Below, one piece after another: positions 23,514 through 28,839 of a DNA stretch of 28,839 nucleotides (its first letter is position 1; every line of letters begins with the position of its first letter). Source of the DNA: Candidatus Krumholzibacteriia bacterium (lineage in GTDB: Bacteria > Krumholzibacteriota > Krumholzibacteriia > WVZY01). The stretch lies in NCBI GenBank assembly GCA_036478295.1, contig JAZGDW010000065.1:1-28839 (forward strand), read 5' to 3'. Both the position numbers and the translations under genes were made by a program. The notes beneath the pieces were generated by a model, which was given only the letters and a program-made list of their open reading frames with translations, made no database searches and was not told the DNA's origin.

Positions 23514-24860
23514 TCACTCCTCGTAGATGAACTCGTGCTTGCCGATTCGAATCTCATCGTGATTCTGCAAGATGTGTTCCTTTACAGCTTTGCCTCCGAC
23601 GGTCACCTTGCGGCGACCGTTCAAGTGGCGAAGTACGTGGCCGCCGTTGTGTGGCACGATCTCCGCGTGCTGTTTGGCCACAAGAAAGCCGTTGATCTCT
23701 ACGTCGGCCGATTCGTCTTTTCCCATCACGATCGGTTTACTCAGCGCGATTCTCGAGTCACTCGTTTTCCTGACCAGTTGTGGGGTGACACCGTTTCCGT
23801 CAATCGGAGGCATTGGCTGGTTGGGCACCTGGCCGGGTCCGAAGATGACCGTTTGGTCGAAGGGAGCGATGTCGGGACCGCCGGCGACTTCGATACCGGT
23901 TTGCTTTTGAAACTTGAGTGTGTGTTTGCCGATGACAATCTCGTCGCCGGGCTTGAGTCTTGCGCGGCCGACCTTCTTGTTGTTGAGGAGTGTTCCGTTC
24001 AGACTGTCACAGTCGCGAATGTAGTAATGTCCCTTTTCTTTTTCGAGTACCGCGTGAAGGCGCGAGACGGCGAGGTTATCGACAACGATTTCATTGTCCG
24101 CCGTGCGCCCAATGTTGAAAACGGGGCGGTCGAGAACCCAGTGACCGATTTCTCTGTCCTTGAACACCAGTGTGACTACCGGCGGTTTGGACAAATACAT
24201 ATCTGTAACGTTTTCCCGGTCTGGCTCCTCGATCATCTTGGCGTCACCGGCGTACTTGACCAGCAGGTCGTCGTAGACGGTTATTTCCAGCGGACGCTCC
24301 GCCGACAACGTGTAGGTTTTGACCAGGAAGTCTTCGCGGAAGCTCCGTTCCTTTGGCGTTGGTGAAGAGGCCTGGTGGCAAAGGGCCGTCACCCTCCCCT
24401 TTTCATAGCGCAGGATCAGCAAGACGGCCTCCTGCATCGCACAGACGATACGGCTCTTGCCCTCGTTCTCTATCTTGTCCAGCACCTGATCCAGATCAAC
24501 GAGAGACGTCAGTAATTTCAAGGCCGGCTTTTTCTGAAAGAGGATGAGCAGTGAGTGCAGGATCTTGTTGTTGACTTCAAAGCACGTCATTTGCGGCGAC
24601 ATCACCTGGCCGGCTGTCAACAAAAAGTCCTTGATCGTTGTCTCACTGAACTGTGAGTCTTCGATCTTGCCGGCGCTGTAGATCTGGCCTTCCCGGAAAA
24701 AAAGGCAGAGCTGCCGATCGTCGTCCACCATCTCGAGATAGCATGGGTGGTCGTTGCTCCGCTTGACCGTATCGGCAATCACCGAGTTCAGGTCTGTCGG
24801 CGAGTACTCTTCGTAGCTCTTAGCAATTCTCAGGTAAGGCAGCTCTATTCTCACGGCCAT
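23514..24860 (-). CDS. Double-FHA domain protein with uncharacterised N-terminal region
   Basis: FHA1 IGRTADNEIVVDNLAVSRLHA...DSLNGT; FHA2 MGKDESADVEINGFLVAKQHA. Start is ATG 24860 or GTG 24881. Confidence 0.88.
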   Translation of the reverse strand: MAVRIELPYLRIAKSYEEYSPTDLNSVIADTVKRSNDHPCYLEMVDDDRQLCLFFREGQIYSAGKIEDSQFSETTIKDFLLTAGQVMSPQMTCFEVNNKILHSLLILFQKKPALKLLTSLVDLDQVLDKIENEGKSRIVCAMQEAVLLILRYEKGRVTALCHQASSPTPKERSFREDFLVKTYTLSAERPLEITVYDDLLVKYAGDAKMIEEPDRENVTDMYLSKPPVVTLVFKDREIGHWVLDRPVFNIGRTADNEIVVDNLAVSRLHAVLEKEKGHYYIRDCDSLNGTLLNNKKVGRARLKPGDEIVIGKHTLKFQKQTGIEVAGGPDIAPFDQTVIFGPGQVPNQPMPPIDGNGVTPQLVRKTSDSRIALSKPIVMGKDESADVEINGFLVAKQHAEIVPHNGGHVLRHLNGRRKVTVGGKAVKEHILQNHDEIRIGKHEFIYEE

Positions 24861-24915
24861 GATCCTTTTTGGAACATCCACAGGACGGCTTTATGTCATC
24901 GCGTGCTCGAAAAGG

Positions 24916-24930
24916 GCAAAAAGCATGCCA
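24916..24930 (-). promoter_or_regulatory. Putative sigma54 (-24/-12) promoter of the FHA-phosphoesterase-kinase operon
   Basis: Minus strand reads TGGCATGCTTTTTGC (GG-N10-GC), 35-55 bp before the start codon. Confidence 0.75.
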
Positions 24931-25155
24931 GAGAAGAGCTTAGGCGGACGAGATGAATCATTGTATTTGCCTACAAGACAAATAGATACACGCCCGACTT
25001 TCGTGCAGGCTTTTGTCCCGGTTCGGCGATGCATTAGCGTGACGGCGGACGCAAAATGCCGGACGAACGTTGACGTGCGCTGTCCAGCATGCTTCAAAAG
25101 GTGTCGTTGCTCCTCAGGATTCCCGGTAAGGGCGGTGAAAGGCAGGATTTTTCAC

Positions 25156-25185
25156 TTGAAAAAGGTGGGCGGAATCGTGTACAAT
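25156..25185 (+). promoter_or_regulatory. Putative sigma70 promoter of the cold-shock gene
   Basis: TTGAAA-N18-TACAAT, implying a 5' UTR of about 120 nt as is usual for csp genes. Confidence 0.55.
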
Positions 25186-25310
25186 AGTCAGGTGGTTGAG
25201 GATCTAACAGTTATGTACTAAGGGCTCGGTATGTAAGGCAGCATGATGACGGTCGCGGGGTTCTGCATATCCTGGCGGCTTTTTTTGTCTGTAAAAGGGG
25301 GATAATACGA

Positions 25311-25529
25311 TTGCGTATGACCGGTCAAGTAAAGTGGTTCAACGAAAGCAAGGGCTACGGGTTCATCAAGCAGGAATCAGGTAAGGATATTTTCGTTCAC
25401 TACTCCGAAATCCAGGGTGACGGTTACAGGACGTTAGCCGAGGGTGAGACGGTCGAATTCGAGACGAGGGAAGGACCGAAAGGTCTCGAGGCGACCAAGG
25501 TGTCGCGGACGGCGCAGCCGCAGGGGTGA
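25311..25529 (+). CDS. Cold-shock protein (CspA family)
   Basis: [15 protein letters not shown] (RNP1), DIFVHYSEI (RNP2). ATG 25317 is an alternative start. Confidence 0.96.
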   Translation: MRMTGQVKWFNESKGYGFIKQESGKDIFVHYSEIQGDGYRTLAEGETVEFETREGPKGLEATKVSRTAQPQG

Positions 25530-25555
25530 TAGCACGGCGGTGATCGCCGGATCGG

Positions 25556-27265
25556 TTAGCTGACTTCCTCACTGATCCGTTGGAGATTTTTCTTCGCTTT
25601 ATCGTTGCCGGGATCGATCTCCAATGCTTTAGACCAGGCCTTCTGGGCCTCATCGATTTTGCCCATCTTGTAGTAGGCGTTGCCGAGGTTCGTGTACGCA
25701 GAGGTGTTGTCTGTGCTGCGGCCCAAGGCCTCGTTATACATCTCTACGGCCTGATCGTAATGTCCCCGCTTAAAAAAGATGTACCCCAGGTTGTTGTAGG
25801 CGGCGTGTAACGACGGGCTGAGCTCAACCGCTCGCTTGAACGCGTTGCTCGCGTTGCTGTCATCATCGAGTTCGGTATAGGCCAGCCCGAGGTTGTTGTA
25901 CGCTTCGGCGAATTCGGAATCGACCTTCACCGCTTCGAGAAACTGATCCCGTGCCATCTCGTACGCCCCGTTGTGAAAACTCGTCACCCCGAGATTGTTG
26001 AACTTCTTGGCGTCCTTCTTGGCGTGGCGAACCTGCTCGGTCTCACGGTGTTTCTTTCCCTCCTCCATGTATCCCAGCATCTCTTCCTGGTACTCTGCGA
26101 TGCTGTCCATGCGGGTTTCCCAACTCTTTTGCTGACGCTGGATATCCTTGACTGTGGAGGAAATCGCGTCTTGCGAGGAAGTGACCCGCTTTTCCATTTC
26201 CTCCTGGGCTTTGAGGGTTGATTCCAGCTGACCCTTCAGGTTGGCGGTCGGCGCCGAGTTGTGTTTCGAATAGTGCTCGAGTTGTCTGGAAATGTCCTCG
26301 GTATGTGCCTGAAGCTTGTTGAAATTTTGGCGCAGGTCCAGGACGATCTCCGACACCTTGGTGGTAAAGCCTTCGACGCTGCCCTCCTGTTTTTCGATCT
26401 TCCTTTGCAGGGCGTCGAGCTTGAGCGTGATTTCCTCGCTCCCGTTCTTGTCCGGTTTGGGCATCGACTCGATTGTTTTCTGCAGGGCGTCGAGCTTTCG
26501 TGCCATTTCCTCGTTCACGCTTGTGTCCGGTTTGGGCATCGAGTCGATCTTCTTCTGCAAGACCTCGATCTGTCTTGCGACCTCAGTGTCGGATGACTTG
26601 CCGTCGGCCTTAGGGCTAGAGTCGATCTTTTCTTGCAGGGCATCCAGCTTGCGCATCATTTCCTCGTGAGCGGCGCTGTTGTCGGGTTTCGACATTGAAT
26701 CGATCTTCTCTTGCAAGGCCTCGATCTGTCTTGCGACCTCGGCGCCGGATGACTTGCCGTCGGCCTTGGGCATCGAGTCGATTTTTTTCTCGAGGTCCTT
26801 TTTGAGCTCTTCCAACACCTTGGATTGGCTTTTCTCCGATTCTGCGAAGCTCTTGATCAGCTCGGACACGCTCTGGGTTTGAAACTTCCAGATCTTGTCG
26901 ATGTCCTTCGCGAGGGTCCCGGAGACTTCCTTCGACAGGTCCGCGGATGAGGCCTGGGATGTTTTGGAGGTCTTGGCCGGTTTGTCCAGCATCGAAAAGA
27001 TCAGGTCGAACTGGCAGTCGCCGGTCTTGGTCTTGTAGAAGCGACACGACTCCTTGATGCACAGGAGGTGTGAGGGAATGTCCTTCTTGGACGTTTTCTT
27101 GGCTTTGGTCGAAGTCGCAGCAGGGGCTTCCTTTCCTTCTTCGTAGCCCAGGATGACGATGTTTTCCTCATCGCTCGATTTGGAGCTGGGCGGGCTCTCA
27201 TCGATAATGAGCGTGCTCGCGTTGTCGTCTCCCAGCATATGGGATATAAAAGGACAGATTTTCAT
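25556..27265 (-). CDS. TPR protein with Cys-containing N-terminus and repetitive coiled-coil
   Basis: ATG 27265 behind GGGAGG. Four C-terminal TPRs (FNNLGVTSF, AYNNLGLAY, AYNNLGYIF, AYTNLGNAY). Confidence 0.88.
   Translation of the reverse strand: MKICPFISHMLGDDNASTLIIDESPPSSKSSDEENIVILGYEEGKEAPAATSTKAKKTSKKDIPSHLLCIKESCRFYKTKTGDCQFDLIFSMLDKPAKTSKTSQASSADLSKEVSGTLAKDIDKIWKFQTQSVSELIKSFAESEKSQSKVLEELKKDLEKKIDSMPKADGKSSGAEVARQIEALQEKIDSMSKPDNSAAHEEMMRKLDALQEKIDSSPKADGKSSDTEVARQIEVLQKKIDSMPKPDTSVNEEMARKLDALQKTIESMPKPDKNGSEEITLKLDALQRKIEKQEGSVEGFTTKVSEIVLDLRQNFNKLQAHTEDISRQLEHYSKHNSAPTANLKGQLESTLKAQEEMEKRVTSSQDAISSTVKDIQRQQKSWETRMDSIAEYQEEMLGYMEEGKKHRETEQVRHAKKDAKKFNNLGVTSFHNGAYEMARDQFLEAVKVDSEFAEAYNNLGLAYTELDDDSNASNAFKRAVELSPSLHAAYNNLGYIFFKRGHYDQAVEMYNEALGRSTDNTSAYTNLGNAYYKMGKIDEAQKAWSKALEIDPGNDKAKKNLQRISEEVS
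26395..26790 (-). repeat. Five coding tandem repeats of about 25-26 aa
   Basis: Units of the form KIDSMPK(A/P)D...E(V/M)AR(Q/K)(I/L)(E/D)ALQ. Confidence 0.85.
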
Positions 27266-27296
27266 CGTACCGTTCCTCCCGTCTGAAACTTCAGAC

Positions 27297-28839
27297 TCAT
27301 AATGATGTGACCTTTTCAAGCACCGGCGCTTCTCCGGCCATTTCTTTGAGATATTTTTCGTAATTCCGTTTTGCCATTTCTTCGATTTCCTCGAAATCGG
27401 GCTCCTCACTCATGATTCTCAGGTACACGCTATGTGCGGCATCAAAGCGGTTCAGCTTCTGGTAGCATTGGGCGGTGCGGAGCAGGTAGTTTCTCCGCTC
27501 CTCCTTGCTCAGGGCCGCCAGCGGAATGGCCTTGAGGATGACGAGGGCCGCCAGCGGTTGGTCTTTCTCCATGTAGTAGGCGGCGAGACAAAGCTTACGT
27601 TTGATTTCCTGTCCGACATTCTCCGGTATGAACTTGAGGAGCTGCTTGGCTTCATCGTATCTTCCCAGGACCATTGCCCGCTCGATCAGGCGCAGGGTTT
27701 CCACGGCGTGGAGCCTGCCCGCTTCGAAACGGGCGTAGAGGGAATCGAAATCCTCTCCGGGTTCATCTCCCAGTGTTATCTCGCGCTCTTTTTGTGGCGG
27801 TGGGGGAACGACCGTTTCCGGCGGCTCCGACTCCTCCGGTGGTGGAGGAATGAGTGTTTCCGGCGACTCTGGCTCCTCCGGCGGCGGGGTAACGACCGTT
27901 TCCGGCGGCTCCGGCTCTTCGGGTGCCACCGGTGCCTCGGCGTCCTCCCGCTCAACCGGTGGCGAATCACCAGCCGCCGCAGGTTCTTCCGCAGTTGCCA
28001 GAGTGTCCACCGTTTGGTCCCGCTCGCCGTCCCCGGCCTCGCGCGATTGATCCTGCTCGCCAGCCGGTTCCTGCGGCTGCTCGGGTGGCGTCGCCATCGG
28101 GTCCTGGCCCGGGGGGGTCATGCCCGCTACTTCCGGTGAGGCCGACGGAGCACCTGCGCCGTGGGTGTCCAGCGTAAAGTCGCGCCCGCCGAAATGTTCG
28201 ATTTCAAAACCACCGGTCGTGGGTTCGACCTCGGGTCTCAGGTGACTGACGTCGTCGTAGAACTTCTGGACTGCGGGCTCGTCCCGGTGACGGTCGAGGA
28301 TGCTGGTGATCACCCTCGCGTCCTCGGGAGACTGCGCAACGACTTCACGAAAGATGTCGACGGCCCTTTCGAAGCGCCCCTGTTCGAGTGTCAGTTCGGC
28401 GTAGAAGCTGAGGAGATCGACGGGCAGAAACTTCTCCTGCGACTTCGTGTCCAGCCACGAGAGCAGATCGTCCCGCAGCCGTCTGTCCCGGGCGATCTTC
28501 TTGATGTGAAGTAGAGCAGCCTCGTTCTTGTTCGTGCTAAGCGCCGCTTCGATGAAGACGTAGTCGAGTACGAGGCTTTCGCGGCTCTCCTGCAAGTAAG
28601 GTTTGAGGAGGTCGATAATGACCGGTGCTTTGGACGCGTTCTTCTCCATCACGGCGGCGAAGCGTTCGGCGGCGCAGAAATCGTCTCCCTTGACGATGTA
28701 CAGGCGAGCCAGGCTGATGTTGAGTTCCTCTTGCGGGACCGCTACCCGGTCCTTGACCGCCTCTAGCCGCGCTATGGCGTCTTCAGCCATGGAAGGCGTG
28801 AGTGCCGCCCCCTGGCACAGCTTGGGAAATGCTTTGACG
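27297..28839 (-). CDS. Large TPR-like helical protein with acidic Pro-rich linker (5' end outside the window)
   Basis: The frame stays open from 28790 to the window edge. TPR-like helices flank a P/E-rich low-complexity region. Confidence 0.8.
   Translation of the reverse strand, partial: VKAFPKLCQGAALTPSMAEDAIARLEAVKDRVAVPQEELNISLARLYIVKGDDFCAAERFAAVMEKNASKAPVIIDLLKPYLQESRESLVLDYVFIEAALSTNKNEAALLHIKKIARDRRLRDDLLSWLDTKSQEKFLPVDLLSFYAELTLEQGRFERAVDIFREVVAQSPEDARVITSILDRHRDEPAVQKFYDDVSHLRPEVEPTTGGFEIEHFGGRDFTLDTHGAGAPSASPEVAGMTPPGQDPMATPPEQPQEPAGEQDQSREAGDGERDQTVDTLATAEEPAAAGDSPPVEREDAEAPVAPEEPEPPETVVTPPPEEPESPETLIPPPPEESEPPETVVPPPPQKEREITLGDEPGEDFDSLYARFEAGRLHAVETLRLIERAMVLGRYDEAKQLLKFIPENVGQEIKRKLCLAAYYMEKDQPLAALVILKAIPLAALSKEERRNYLLRTAQCYQKLNRFDAAHSVYLRIMSEEPDFEEIEEMAKRNYEKYLKEMAGEAPVLEKVTSL
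27795..27922 (-). repeat. Three 42-bp coding tandem repeats (PEEPEPPETVVTPP-like)
   Basis: Equivalent positions at 27807, 27849 and 27891 give an exact 42-bp period. Confidence 0.85.

Noticed and set aside
24956..24968. IHF-like site AATCATTGTATTT upstream of the sigma54 promoter
   Set aside because: Plausible position but two mismatches to WATCAANNNNTTR; too weak to call.

Overview
GC-rich bacterial chromosomal window with about 22 protein genes and one tRNA-Val(CAC). I saw no transposase, integrase, prophage gene or CRISPR array. Gene order: NhaC-family antiporter (truncated by the window), a 116-aa Lys/Arg-alternating histone-like protein, a polyamine operon (pyruvoyl arginine decarboxylase, agmatinase, deoxyhypusine-synthase-like), small membrane protein, MFS transporter, ComM/YifB, endonuclease III, GNAT, tRNA-Val, a DPY19/STT3-like GT-C glycosyltransferase with TPRs, a 1541-aa pseudokinase-NTPase-TPR-GAF-sigma54 activator, zinc-ribbon protein, PtsN-like EIIA, RsgA, GT9, an FHA/metallophosphoesterase/Ser-Thr kinase operon, a cold-shock protein and two TPR proteins. 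The strongest unannotated signals are: (1) a 126-bp element present twice (9560-9685 and 19634-19759), each copy enclosed by a different long inverted repeat; (2) a second short repeat found just after two stop codons (8665-8703 and 12936-12975); (3) two well-formed sigma54 -24/-12 promoters, ahead of the histone-like gene and the phospho-signalling operon, in the same window as sigma54-linked regulators. All family calls come from motif recognition by eye; no searches were run.
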